DNA of 63,014 nucleotides, counting the filler, from Lenisia limosa (taxonomy: Eukaryota > Protista > Breviatea), in the NCBI GenBank assembly GCA_001655205.1. It is 13 parts of 13 records of this genome, joined end to end, with 100 filler letters (N's around TTAATTAATTAA, not from the genome) between each part and the next. Parts side by side here need not be neighbours in the genome. Positions count along the whole stretch, not along the records: positions 17,468 to 26,250 come from LPNZ01002092.1; positions 26,351 to 36,027 come from LPNZ01000898.1; 11 more parts are not named here. One strand, 5' to 3'. Position 1 is the first letter of the stretch, and every line of letters begins with the position of its first letter. A program made the translations under genes and the position numbers. The notes under the pieces are model-generated. The model worked only from the letters and a program-made list of their open reading frames with translations, was not told the origin of the DNA and ran no database searches. Below, piece by piece: positions 23,401 to 36,127 of this stretch.

Positions 23401-26150
23401 GTAGGTAGTGACTGTGGAGTTTTGTGATTTATAGGTTGATTATTTATATATACACTATGGAGATGAATATCTGACGAATCTGTTCTATATTGAAACTATC
23501 CAAACTTGAACTCCAATTATTTTTTGAAGAAATTGAGAAAATTTGAAAATAAATTTGAGTTTATAAAATAATACGTCTCACTTAAAATTTAGCAATATTC
23601 TAATTTTTTACGAGCTCAAATAAAAACATATACTGCCCAAAGCAAACCTGGAGTCATAATGCAGCCGGTTATGCCTGAACGCGACACGTAGCCAGGAGGG
23701 CAGCTAAACCCGCATTCGGACTTGAATAGTTAAATTACATACACTGACCAAGATTAGTCTTGAATGATTTGCTCTATGATTTCCCAAATCAAAATTGTTC
23801 AAGACAGATGACGGTCACAGTACACAAAAATAAAAATAAGGTTATCTGACTTCATGAGTCGAAAGTTATCACAGTAACTGATTGTCATCGCGCATTTAAA
23901 CTTAATACTTATTTAAATAAATAAAAACTAAGCGCGCCCTTAATCTCCAGTACCCGCCCCCTTAATCCCCAATACCCGCGCCGTGAGTCCAAGAGAGGTA
24001 TTAGTAAAGCCCCCGGGACATGGGTGACCAGTCTGGCCGTTAGGGCAGTAGAATCCTAAATAGTCATTTCATGAAAAAATATGAATTCAGGTAAAATCCT
24101 GAAGAGTCACATGTAGATAAAATATGTCATTACCAAAAAGTCCAACAACTGAATTCTCGATAAATTCTCAGTAAACGTTATTTTAATACTATTTGAAAAC
24201 GGTTCGGTTGAAAAAAAAAAGATTTCAAAAGGAGCATCATGATTGTAACATCTATCAATTACAGCTATACAGGAGGAGCGACTCATTTTTGTGATTCAAC
24301 TCAATCCAATGCTCACCAGAAAAGCATGGCTTGCATCCACCATTCCATACGTACTCCCCTATTTCACAGACGACACAGTCAACGTCGTGTACGATTTGAC
24401 CAGCAGCATTGGTGGAGTTTGGTACTTGAATATAGTCAGGAGGAGGGCGGGGAGGAGACAAAAGTCAAAAGATAAAGATCTGCCTCAAAAATATCGTCAT
24501 TTTTAAGGTCCCAGTGTGATGTCTTCCAAAATTTGGAAGGCGGAAAAAAAAATAATACTACATCATAACCACTATTAGTATAACTATAATATTTTTGGAA
24601 ATTTTAGGTGTCACTATTTTAATAAGTTCTCTTACTTTTCTTTTGATAACCTGCTGAAATTTCACAGCTCAAAGACTCAAGTGTCTAAAACTAAATAAGA
24701 AATACGTCATATGAATCACAAATCCTGGTTTCAACATTTCTGTATTTTATATCAAATGAAGGACATGCAGAAAGAGATGCTCGATACTCCTTGAGCGTCC
24801 AAGTTAAAATGTGAGAATAAACAATTTTTTTATGGCCCAGCAAAACGATCTAATATCCACAAGCATTATCAAAAAATAAAATTTTGTGAAAATTACAATA
24901 AGAGTTCAGCGGTGTAGGCTAGGGTTTCACTCGGGATTGAAAAAGAACTGAATTTCTCGAAAAAATAATCGATATATTTATGTAGTTTACTGCCTTTTTC
25001 AGACCGAAGTAAAAAGCCCAAGTAGGACTTCCCTTCGGTTCGAAAAAGATCGATATTTATAGAGAATTTATCGAGAAATTCAGTCTTTTTCGAACCGAAG
25101 TGAAAAGTCCTAGACGGCCATTTGAAAGAAACGCCCTACCCACAGCTACACCAGGGGTAGCAGTGTCGAAAACCTGGCTCAATTGAACACAGCCTAAACC
25201 AGGCGAATAGTAGAACGACGCACCGGTGCCACAAGACGTACAGCTTGTTGAGCCTGAAATGCTGCTTTCGCCTGGGTTGTAAAAAATCTTAGTGCAGTCT
25301 CTTATTGAAAGTAACAATCAATAGATATCAAAAAAACATATGATATACATACTAGGGAAAATAAAACATAAATTTACCACAAAACCACCACAAACCAAAG
25401 GGACACTCAATACATTGGCCGCTTTCAGCATAGGTATTAACAGGGCAAGGGAAACAGTGTGCGCGTGAAGAGGGGAGAGATACATAGCCTAAGGATGAAT
25501 TTTATGAAAATTCTAAAAAATATGATCACATATGGGGCATATAGAAATAGCTTTCGAGTATATTGGATAAATTTCCAGATAATTTGACGTATATGTCATG
25601 CCTTCGCTTTCAGCATAGGTATTAACAGGGCAAGGGAAAAAGTGTGCCCGTGAAGAGGGGAGAGATACATAGCCTAAGGATGAATTGTCTGAAAATTCTA
25701 AAAAATATGATCACATATGGGGCATATAGAAATAGCTTTCGAGAATATTGGATAAATTTCCAGATAATTTGACGTATATGTCATGCCTTACCTGCTGGAC
25801 AGAGGGCGGGGTTTCCCAAGGAGTCCCATTTCTTTGTTCCCTGAAACAAATGAGCATTTTTTTTTGAGTTCTTCAATGAATAATATATTTTGATAGAAGA
25901 AAAAATAACAACAACAAAAAACTAGGGCCTTTATGCAATTCAAATATTATAGATCTCTGTTAAGAGGGAGTTAACTAAGAGCACTGAAAGAGATTCAAGG
26001 TTTCCAAACACCTGTACAATATCGATATATGTATCAAGCATTAATTGAGATATTTAGCCTTTTTCTATCCGACCACAAACCTCAATTTCTTCATTGCATT
26101 TGGAGGGTACATAAGAGCCAGTAGAGTTGGAACATGCAACTGAGCAGGAA
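17470..26150 (-). CDS. Large Cys-rich (furin-like/EGF/GCC2-type repeats, possible IPT) surface protein, partial, many exons
   Basis: Exons DCHSSCLTCTSFYECTSC, CVQTCPIGSYYSLGAC, ECVEGCDECTASG, ICPDQTTFAEGICKPCASGQF, NCHCPAPYYKHVNNTC, YCECPSGTQLNVVKAICEPC, DCHCDSHKAFNGSTCVECG. Confidence 0.75.
18644..18735. mobile_element. hAT-type MITE family A copy
   Basis: TAGGGCTTCC...CGGACCGAAGTGAAGCCCTA. Confidence 0.75.
19115..19255 (+). repeat. Intronic repeat family B copy (second copy at 19384-19470)
   Basis: aaataaggttgtatctggccgaagcggtccacaccattacgcttatcaag...ttcacccaatcattcgtcttacaac. Confidence 0.8.
19568..20205. mobile_element. Non-autonomous TIR DNA transposon (~630 bp)
   Basis: tcaaagctccggacatcattcaaaa (19578-) is the reverse complement of ttttgaatgatgtccggagctttga (-20196); inner IR cccggacagcttga / tcaagctgtccggg. 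Confidence 0.75.
20221..21181. mobile_element. Non-autonomous TIR DNA transposon (~960 bp)
   Basis: Perfect 30-bp IR ttaaaaccgcaaacatgattaaaaccgcga (20226-20255) / tcgcggttttaatcatgtttgcggttttaa (21139-21168); TA-rich flanks. Confidence 0.8.
24920..25112. mobile_element. Tandem dimer of family A MITEs
   Basis: Two adjacent copies (24920-25021 and 25023-25112) in opposite internal orientation; the second abuts a minus-strand donor site. Confidence 0.75.
25420..25789. repeat. 185-bp tandem duplication of intron plus partial exon
   Basis: 25420-25604 and 25605-25789 differ at only a few positions; each contains the minus-strand exon GYVSLPSSRAH(C/F)FPCPVNTYAES. Confidence 0.85.
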
Positions 26151-26465
26151 AATAAGTAAAAGTAACACGATTATGAACCAAGCATTTACACCAAGACAAG
26201 GATATTATGTATATTATACCAATGAGAAATAAAAAAAATAAGGTTGTATCNNNNNNNNNNNNNNNNNNNNNNNNNNNNNNNNNNNNNNNNNNNNTTAATT
26301 AATTAANNNNNNNNNNNNNNNNNNNNNNNNNNNNNNNNNNNNNNNNNNNNATTGTCTAAAAACCGGAATTGGCAAAAAAACCGGAATTTTGAACGGACGC
26401 ATATGATATTATATACGTTATTTATGCTAGAATTTTTCTATCATAGCGTGATTTACGTCAAATAG

Positions 26466-29400
26466 TTCGCGTGAACGCAACCGTCAGAAGGTTATTGAAG
26501 AGATCTTTCAAACCGAGCACTCTTATGTCCAAGACCTTTGCCTTGTATCTGAAGTGGGTACAAAGGTTGAATGATGGTCGTTTGAATAGAAGGGAGTGAT
26601 TAAAGCTAACCTTGCAGAACTTCATCAAGCCTACTCAGCGGCAAAGACTTCTCAAGGTCTGGGAGGGAGTAATTATTAAGATCAGGCTCTGTGAATAGAG
26701 TTGGAATCTCTTTAAAGGTGTCAATTCTCATTCCTGCAGACAAGCGAATACCAGCTGGTGTTTTCCAATTGGCAGCAACTGGAAGATGTCAACACAGAGT
26801 TACTGAAGTGCGAGGGGAGTATGATTGGATTGATTATCAGTATATTTGAAAGATTATTTTATTCCTCAGCCGAATGATTGCACACTATAACAAAGAGCAA
26901 CTCCTCACTGGACTCGGTGAATTGTTCAGTAACATGGCTGCTTTCTTTAAAGTACGTACACTTATTGATTTATTGCAAATTTACTGTTATTTTGATTCAT
27001 TTGAACTTGTATATTTTTAGCTAATTTTCTTTCACACCTCATTGCCTCCAGTCGTACGGAGTATATTGCGCAAATTACGAGATCTTCAATGGGGTCATCG
27101 CCAAAATCAAAGTTTGTCCAATATGGCCAATAAAGACAAGGTTCTATTTCCACTTATACTACAGTCATATCCGATGTACCTCCCTTATCTCTTGCTTGTT
27201 TCAGTTAATTGCGTCTTTAAACTGTAATGAAATGCTGCAGAATCGACTTGCCAAGGCTTTGGCTGTTATGTTTCAAATATAGCCATGTTTTTCATCAACC
27301 CAGAAAGACAATCCAAGGTGGACGCAGTTATTGGACGAAAGCTGTAGCACGGTCGGGAACGGACTGACCTTCGAAAGCTTTATGAGTAGGGGCCTTGGAC
27401 AGCTTTATGATTAGGGGCCTTAGAGAGGTTTATGATCAGGGGCCTTGGACAGCTTTATGATTAGGGGCCTTAGAGAGGTTTATGATCAGGGGCCTTGGAC
27501 AGGTTTGTGATTAGGGCCTTGGGGTTTGTGAGAAGAGTGGGATATTTTTTTTTACTTGGAAATGCTGTTTTGACAAGAGGAAGGAAAATAATTGAGTTTT
27601 ACACATGAGTTGCCTCGAAACCAATCAGATCTTGATGACCTTTTAGTCAAGCCGGTGCAGCGTCTGACAAAGTACCCTCTACTTCTACGTGAACTGCTAA
27701 AGTACACTGAAAAGGAAAGCAAAGACTTTGCCTGTATTGAAAAGGTACTCTCGCCTTGTGTACTCTTACAGAGAATATTTGTGACTAGGACTGTCAATGT
27801 TATTTGCTCTTGTTCTCGTTCATTTGGATTTGGTCAGAATTTACAACTTTAGGCCCTCAAAGATATGACAGACGTGACCAATCACGCAAACAAAAAGGCC
27901 AAGTTCCAGGGGTTGATATCATTGGTTTTTGTTGTCCTTGTATGATATTTATTTTGAACAGAGAAATGAGAGATCGTGACAAGATCATTGCGATCAAAAA
28001 AAACCTCACCAACGCTCCTGACTCACTCGAGCTTATCTCCCCGTCAAGAGTGCTAGTGAGAGAAGATAAACTGTACTACAAACACGCTACAGCAAAATCA
28101 CCTGAAATGGTTACGGTCTTTCTGTTCAATGGTAGGCATGGATTACAGACAGTATCACTGAAGGAAACACTTTGATATTCATAGTATTCCTATTTCACAA
28201 ATCTCCAGATCTTCTGATGGTATGTTATCACAAGCAACGCAAATCTCAAATACAATACAACTTCATTGGCTCTCTCCGAATCAACTCGATCCTCTCCTGC
28301 AAACCCGCTGTGAGCACTCACTGTTAAATAGTGTAACAATTTTGGTCCATATCCAATGCTGAGCGTGACAAGGACAATTTCACCTGAAGTTTGTTTCAAA
28401 CCCTCATGTGATATCTTGGGGGTTTTTTTTTTTTGGAAAAATCCCCCCCCCACCTCATTTTATGTTAAAGCTAATATTTTGTCTTCTCAGATACCCCTTT
28501 CACCCCCTTAGTCCGACATTTCCTTCACCCCCATAGTCCACCGACACCATCCAGGGCAATGACGTGTTCCAATGTTCCTTGAAGGCATCAGTGCTAAAAG
28601 CCCCACGTGTGTTCAGTTCCACATCCAAGGCAACCGTGGGTCAAGAACCAAGGATAAGGTTCAAACTTGTCTCTCACCCCGCCAGATTGAAGAGTGGTCC
28701 AAAGCGGTCATGAAGCAGGCATTCGAGGCCACTTGCGATCGGAGAGTATCAGTCCGGGACTTGTTTGGGGGGCAGGAGGGTATCAGTCCGGTACTTGTTT
28801 GGGGGGCATGAGAGTAGTCCTGGATTTGAGCCCCCCCCCCCTTTGTTTGTCAATACTTGATTTTTTTGCTAGCTTTCGTTTTTTCGGCTCGTGGTATGTT
28901 CGCCTTAATAATTGCCCCTTCAGGACACCAGTAGCCGTGCCGTCAGCCATCATGGACGACTCAGCTGTGGCGTCACCGCGAGCATTGCCAAAAGCAATGC
29001 GCCGGAACAGGAGCGCCAAATTCTCTGATGGTGGGCACCAATACCGGGTCTTTCTTCAATTCTTCCCACAATACTTGTCTACCTCACTTTTCAGAAACTG
29101 ACAACAAAGCTATGCGACAGTCCTTCATGTAAGCATCACCCCATCGTATTGTGATTAATGATAAATTTCACAGTTTCCACCTACTCTTACCAACAAAACA
29201 CCATCAAGTTATCCTTGTGTCTTACCAACAATACTGTACCAACCATCAAGTTATCCTTGTGGTGATGTTGGTATTTTCTTCTAACGATCATAGGATCAAA
29301 GCCTTCCCCCGCAGCAAAGAAAGATGGATTGAGTATGAGGGACATGTCTTTTTTTGTATCATACATTCTTCATTTCTGTTGATATCATGTTTTCATGAAG

Positions 29401-30982
29401 TAGCTCAACAGTGTTTAATTTCTCAGGTCGGCTCTTCAAGATATTGTCCGACAGCAGTCCAAGCTGGAAGCCATTTCACAAATTCTCACCTCAAATTTCA
29501 GCCAAATCGTGAGGAGGGTGGTATATTTGCTGGCTTAGATATTCTATTTAAATATCCGGGTGTCCAATTTCTGACAAGCAGGTCGCCCAATCTGTTTCAG
29601 CCTCACATATTCTGGAGTGGATCGAAGATGTGTCCAAAATATGGTGAGAGTGTTTGCTGTTCTGTGAGTTGATGAATTCTGTTAATTCGAATCCTTGTGA
29701 TGTGGGTTTTGTTTATTTACGACATTAGCATGAGCCTCGCGAGGTGTGTGGTTGAAGCTCGATCATTGGAGAGAGTTGCAGATTTGGGGGGACAAAGTAC
29801 GACTTCCACGCGAGACACGGCGTTGACTGTAGGGGGGGACGGCTTGAATCTGATGGCACAATAAAGCAACTAACCCATCCAGACCATCATCACGTGTCTG
29901 ACCGAGGCCATCACAACTAAGGCAGCAAAGGATTTGAGTCGCCTCAATGACGATGTACCAACCCTTGCTGAAAACGTCAAGGTAATCAATTCTAATCGAT
30001 TACAACTTTGCTCGTAATGATTGTAACTTCCTTAGACATTGACAATGAAAGACCCTGTCTGTATTGAGCGGGTGAGCAACGAAATGGGTGAGCTGAATGT
30101 ACCTCTTGACGGTCTCTGGAGCGCTGCCGTCCGAATTGCGGCAAACATGAGAAGACGACTTCAAGCACTTATCACATTCACCCCCGAAGCTGATATTCTG
30201 CTCCCTAAAGTCAAAGTTTGTTAGTGAATCTCAGACTCTGATAATTCTGGGTTTTGATTGTTTTTTCATGATCAAAAATATTGATTACCCCAGACTGCCA
30301 TTGAGACGTTGTCTTTTGCATCGGATGTCGGAAACAAAATATTTGATGCGATTGAGGAACTCAACTTTCCAAAGAACTACAAAATCTGGTTTGCCAAGTT
30401 TAGATAATATGAAGTAAAATACACTGTGCTGTTATTAAGGACACTTTTTCCACTCGATACCCAATAACTGATCACGACCTAGCATCAAACCATCAAGCAG
30501 ACTCCTGGTTAGATTTGGAGAGGCTTACATTTCAGGTAGGAAATTGTGGTCAACAAGTATGCGTTCAACAGATTCTGATTCTTTGAATCTTCATCGGACC
30601 GAAGTAAAGGCTCACATTTTCAGGGGTACATTCTTCAAGCATTATTGCGTGTCCTCCTGGTTCAACTGTGGTGAGTGGCTTCAAGAAATAACAATAACAT
30701 GGCAGGCAGGCAACCACGTGACGGATCGTTTAGTCTATCTCTTCACTGACATTCTTGTCATTGCAACTCGAAAGCGCGATGTGAGTTTCAAGGGTCCTAG
30801 AACTATATGATAAATTATCATATCATATGATATATGATATATAGTAGTATAATAATGTATATATCATATCATATGTAATATACATATCATATACACCTCT
30901 CATATGGTGTATCAATATACTATATGATATGTATATTATGCATATACTATATGTATTATGTCATAGTATATCATATAGTATC

Positions 30983-31015
<33 letters not shown>

Positions 31016-32788
31016 CATGTATTATATCGATATCGATATATCATGGAACTATATTCGGCCAGATTCTACCTTATTTTTTATTTCTCATTGCTATATATGC
31101 TATACTATACTATATTGATAGGCATAATACTTATAATTGTTGGTATGTCTCGGTTTCTGTTGATCTCCTCTTGTTGGGAAAATAAAAAAGCAGGTTACGA
31201 CAGCAGACTATGTATTGTCTGTTGATGCGGTCGTTCCACTCACAACAATCATCAAATTGAGCACTAATGGAGACAAAGAGGTGACTACTTTCTTCTACAA
31301 TGGGCACATAATCAAGTTCAATTTGTGTGACCCATTAGGAAATGGGCGGACTCTCAGGTCCACGGAATACAGTCGCCATCGTTGTGCAGAACAATTCTCT
31401 TCCCACTTCTTTCAGTAGGCCTCCTTACACTACCAGATTAATTATCGCCATCCTTATTTCCTTAGCCATGGAGGTAGACTACAAAGACGGCGTGGACTGG
31501 GTGTGCGACTTTCAGACATCCCTATGCGCCCTGGACAAACTGGTAGCCGACAGAGCGTCTCGCAAGCTGCCGAGTCTTGATGTGCCTGAGGCCTTTTTCT
31601 ATTCTGAGGAGGAAATTGAAGGTTGGGGTTAAATAACCTTCGTTTTGCTCCCACGCTTCCTTGTCACACCATTTGGAGCCAAATGGCTGACAAATACAGC
31701 GGCGAAGATGGCAATTCTCACTAACTCCCCCGGTAGAATGAGGAGAATGCAGGTGAGATTCTAGGATTCTATATGGTTGCTTTTGAACCATCAGTTTACT
31801 TTTCAGAGTTTGCAAATGGAGGCCAGATCTGCACAACCTCGAACCCCACCTCCCCAGGTTGGATCATTTATTTAACTTTGCCCCCCACTTGTCTGATGCT
31901 TTGTGTTTTCTTAGGGTTTTGTTTTTTTTGTTTTCATTCAAATCAAAAACAGTATTTTCTGGAGTGATGGGTGCCGTGGTTTGTTTTGTTGCAACCCTTG
32001 TGTGTTGGCAAATAGAGTTGATTTTTTGGTTCATAAATTTTCCAATTTACTCCCCCCACCCCATGGGTGTTCAGAGATGTAGATTCCTTACATCGTAGAC
32101 GCGACCGCCAATCATGAAAGCGCGTTCCCGTCACATGACTACGAACAGTCCCGCAGGTACGTAAATGATACTTGTGTCCTAGCTTGATCTTCTCAAGTTA
32201 CCGCATTAGGAACCCTGGTGCGACAGAGCCCCGCTATCAGCAGAAAGGAAGGCCAGACGGTCAGCTTCAAAAAGGTTAGAAATGTCCAAGTTTTTTTTGG
32301 AATAATTGGCTATAAAATGGGTTGTGTTCTTCAAAGCCGCAGATCGGGAGTATCAGTTTTACCCCTCAGCCCGACCACAGCAGCAAGAATGTGAACCATC
32401 CTTCTATTGGCGTGAGGGGGGCAAAGCCCAAGCATCTTTTCCTGAGTCAAGTTTCATTTTCAATGCTCAGATTGTAGACCATTTACATTGCTCATATTTT
32501 AGACCATTCCTGTTGGATCTGTGTCCAACAATGTCTTCAAGAACGGCTGTAGGACTAGGCTCTTTGATCAATTTGGCTTCTCCCACCGGTTTCACTGTTT
32601 TAGATAAGCCTGCCAAGAAGGAACCTTAGATCATCATGTTTGTGTGTTATTATTTTATTTTCCCCCCCTTTTTTCATTATGCACAGGCTCCAAAGCGTTC
32701 AATGCAAATTCATAGCATTTCAAGTGGAACAGTGTTGATACAGAGGGATATGTTAAATGGAAAGAGTGCCCCCAGGAAATTCGTTTAA
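26466..32788 (+). CDS. RhoGEF (DH-PH) with helical region and second PH-like domain, 5' partial, more than 25 exons
   Basis: RQKVIEEIFQTEHSYVQDL; LVFSNWQQL; YGVYCANY; LDDLLVKPVQRLTKYPLLLRELLKYT; PH SRVLVRED..VFLFNDLL; second PH SRLLVRFGE..LVYLFTDILVIA. The 3' end is uncertain. Confidence 0.85.
27376..27522. repeat. Intronic minisatellite, 25-bp unit x6 with 50-bp dimer structure
   Basis: agctttatgattaggggccttagag alternating with aggtttatgatcaggggccttggac. Confidence 0.9.
31961..32060 (+). repeat. Intronic repeat family D copy
   Basis: ggagtgatggg..ttgttttgttgcaacccttgtgtgttggcaaatagagttgattttttggttcataaattttccaatttactcccc. Confidence 0.7.
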
Positions 32789-34088
32789 AATAAATAAACT
32801 AACATCTGAAACATGGGCCATTTGAAGAGCTAAACGGTCAAACGACATGGAAGGATACATTTCCGTTCATGGCAATGGAGAAGTATAGAAAGTATGGGGA
32901 TCTAAGATTATATTTTAATTGGTGTTTCTATCGAGTCAGAAGTGTAAAATACTCAAATATCTCCACAGTGAAATTGTCAGAAAAAAACTGGGCAGACTGA
33001 AAAGTACCGGCTATTTTTTGGGGGGGGGGGGGGATTACGGTCGCCTTAAGGCAACTATTTCCCCCATTTTTTGAAGAAATTATTGGACACGAAGTCCCGA
33101 CATCAAATCAGAATTATTCCATTTTCAAAAGAATTGTTTTAAAACGTGGAAGAGTCATTGTTGTTTTGAGGAGAAACAGAGAAACAGTAGAAAAACCAGT
33201 AAATATATGTAACAGGAGTGTAACAGGAGCAATTTATGGAGTAGAGAAGAAGAGTGAAGCACAGATGGGGCTTGACACACGAAATCGGTTATTCTACATT
33301 ATTAGCTAAAAGAAACAAAATTGATGTAAACTGACTGACTTCAAGACCGGAAACCTCCAAAACTCTTGGAAAACTCCCATGCCTCCCCTTCTAGAATGTT
33401 CCTTACCGTCAACTTTTTAGCAATATTGCAGTTCCAGATATCTTTTCCACACAATTTACAAGTAATTAGGAAGATGATTCAAGAACATTCCGTGTGAAAT
33501 GACTCAAAAATAGCACATATACAGAGTGAACATATAATATAGTATGCTGAAAACTACATTATAAAATGAGTGAAATGTAACTCTTAAAAAAATATCCATC
33601 CAATAAGTGATCATCAAGATCCCCCTTTTAAGTGAGAATCGCATCCAAAAAATCCTTTCTATTAAGAATGTAGTCTTTAGTAATATCATATTTTAACAAA
33701 ATATGCAATAATTACAGCATGTAAAAGCGCTGGTAAAGATTCTGAGTATTTTATCTTTCCTCCCTATGCCTGCCTCTTAGGCACTTTGTCTTAAATAAAC
33801 TACCGCGAATTTTGATGGTTTCCCATTGTCAAACTTCTCGTCCTCAGTCAAGTTGCTTTCCTTCTTCGTAGAGGAGTCTTCTCACTCACCACTTCCACTC
33901 GTACGCTGCACTACGTTCCGCTTAACTTGTGGAGGTGGCTCGTGAGAAGGTCCTCTTACTCACTTCGGTCTCGTTGTTTTTCTTACGGAAAATCGATTAC
34001 CACTGAGATTGTCCCTATATTTATATCTCTACACCTCCTAGGTTTGTCACAATTGGGGTCATTCGACATAAAGGAGATAAAAACTAGG

Positions 34089-34237
34089 AATATACTACTA
34101 CACAAGATGTAGGTTCTATTCAACCGGATTCAGTTTTGAATATACTACTACACAAGATGTAGGTTCCATCCAACTAGATTCAGTTTTAAATATATTACTA
34201 CACAAGATGTAGGTTCCATCCAACTAGATTCAGTTTT
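34089..34237. repeat. 50-bp tandem repeat x3
   Basis: aatatactactacacaagatgtaggttccatccaactagattcagtttt at 34089, 34139 and 34189. Confidence 0.9.
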
Positions 34238-34578
34238 TTTTTTCTCCTTTGTATCCAAATGATCCCAATTGTGACAAACCTAGGAGGTGAGATATAAATA
34301 TTGGAGGAATATACTACTACATGTTGTAGTATTTCTCCAAGAATACACACAACTTCTTTTGATACTTATTTATTACATATCGATATGTTGGGTTGTTTTG
34401 AAGGAATTAATGACAAAATTAGAAATTAAAATTTCTGAAATGGAGTTCTGGCAATATGATTCACTTCATACTTTGAAATGATGCACAGAGTTGGAACCAT
34501 TGGGGTGATTTCTCAGTTGTATGATCATATCACTTGTGGATATGACAATACTCTCACAATTTTGTCCCCTTACCACAA

Positions 34579-34943
34579 TTAATCCTCTCCTCTGAACGCC
34601 ATATCTTCATCTTCAGCTCTCTGTAAGTCCTCTTGCTTGCGAACAAGTTCTAGAAAGCAAAAGGTAGAATATCTTCAAAATGGCCGTGTAGAGAGAGGCT
34701 TACCTTCAAGTTTGAGCAAAGACACCGATTTGATTGGCATGATCTTCGGCTTACAAAGAACTTCATTCATGATGCGCTTCTCGCTGAAAACTAGACCCTG
34801 AGAAGATGAGCAAAGGGAGTGTTTTATTGCTTAGGAGACCTCAGTTCCATGATTGTAATAAATATCGCATTTAAGCTTGATAACTTGGCAACCTCCCTCA
34901 CAGTTTTGGAGATCACCTCCTTTGGAAGGACGCCTTCTGGCAT
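34579..34943 (-). CDS. BBIP1: BBSome-interacting protein 1 (BBIP10), 3 exons, complete
   Basis: MPEGVLPKE|GLVFSEKRIMNEVLCKPKIMPIKSVSLLKLE|ELVRKQEDLQRAEDEDMAFRGED*; matches EVLPKQG...VLCKPKLLPLKSLTLEKLE. Confidence 0.85.
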
Positions 34944-36127
34944 CTTGGAAGATAGATAGACAGGTTTTGTGTCTCCTCTGTTCAACTCAGGTTTGGGGTT
35001 AGGAGGTGTGAATATTAGATATTTAAATATCCTCCTAGGTTGGAGGGTTGGTGTTCTGGGCCAGTTCTGGGTTGGCTGTGGGCACGAAAATTTCTTGTTT
35101 CCTTCTTCACCCAAGGGGTCCACACCTAAGATGTTGATTTTGAAAATCATAACCATGGGGTAGTAGAATATGTTACCCCCTGTCATAACCGCAAACATGG
35201 GGGGGGGGGGGTCATTTTCAAAAGNNNNNNNNNNNNNNNNNNNNNNNNNNNNNNNNNNNNNNNNNNNNNNNNNNNNNNNNNNNNNNNNNNNAAACCCCCT
35301 GGGACACAAAAATCACGCATTGTTACCGCAGTTTCCCCGGTCCAACCTAAAGAAGGGAGCCTGGTCGGGGAAAACAGGGAAAACCGCAGTGAGCCCTTAC
35401 TTTTACTGAGGGTTCAAAAAATCATAACCACAAGCTCCAAACTACTTGATCTATACTTGGTGTGACCCCTTGTCTTCACCACTGCCAATCATTTATACAC
35501 TGCTTGTTGCAGGGGCCGCCGGGCCGCCTTTTTGGGCTTTGGGGTCTACATCTACCTCATTGGTTTGGATATGTCTCAGTGATTCAGTTCACATTCAGCA
35601 GGGTGCCACAGGACTAAGGATTGATAGACAGGATATTTTGCTGACTGCTGACTTTCACAGAACTTTCAAGACTGACAAAACTATTCACGATCTGTCAGGA
35701 TCTCTTGGTTTATATCGATATATATATCGATATATGAATATATGACGCCCTGGAGAAATTATAGAAAAAAATAAAATAACATGGGGGTACTGATTTTCAA
35801 AAATTGACTAAGAGCTTGAGGGATCTATTACCCCGACAGCGTTCCGGGCAATAATTCTGAATTCTGTGGCACCCTTGACATTTCAGTTTTCATTGAGTTT
35901 TCAGTTTGGTTTCAGTTCACATTTGGTTCACATTAATAAATAACAACTCGGAAATAACTTGCAATCAAGCAATCAACAATTGAACGGGGAGAATTGCCCG
36001 GTTGATTATCCGAACTGTTCTTCTGACNNNNNNNNNNNNNNNNNNNNNNNNNNNNNNNNNNNNNNNNNNNNTTAATTAATTAANNNNNNNNNNNNNNNNN
36101 NNNNNNNNNNNNNNNNNNNNNNNNNNN

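Noticed and set aside
29190-29260. Small direct repeats (also near 23935-23980 and 58925-59005)
   Set aside because: Isolated 15-25-bp slippage duplications with no link to splice sites or elements.
30810-31125. TA/TATC-rich stretch with hydrophobic Tyr/Ile ORFs
   Set aside because: Low-complexity intronic microsatellite-like DNA.
32800-33720. Short protein-like frames with stops downstream of the RhoGEF
   Set aside because: Too short and degenerate to assign; could be TE debris.
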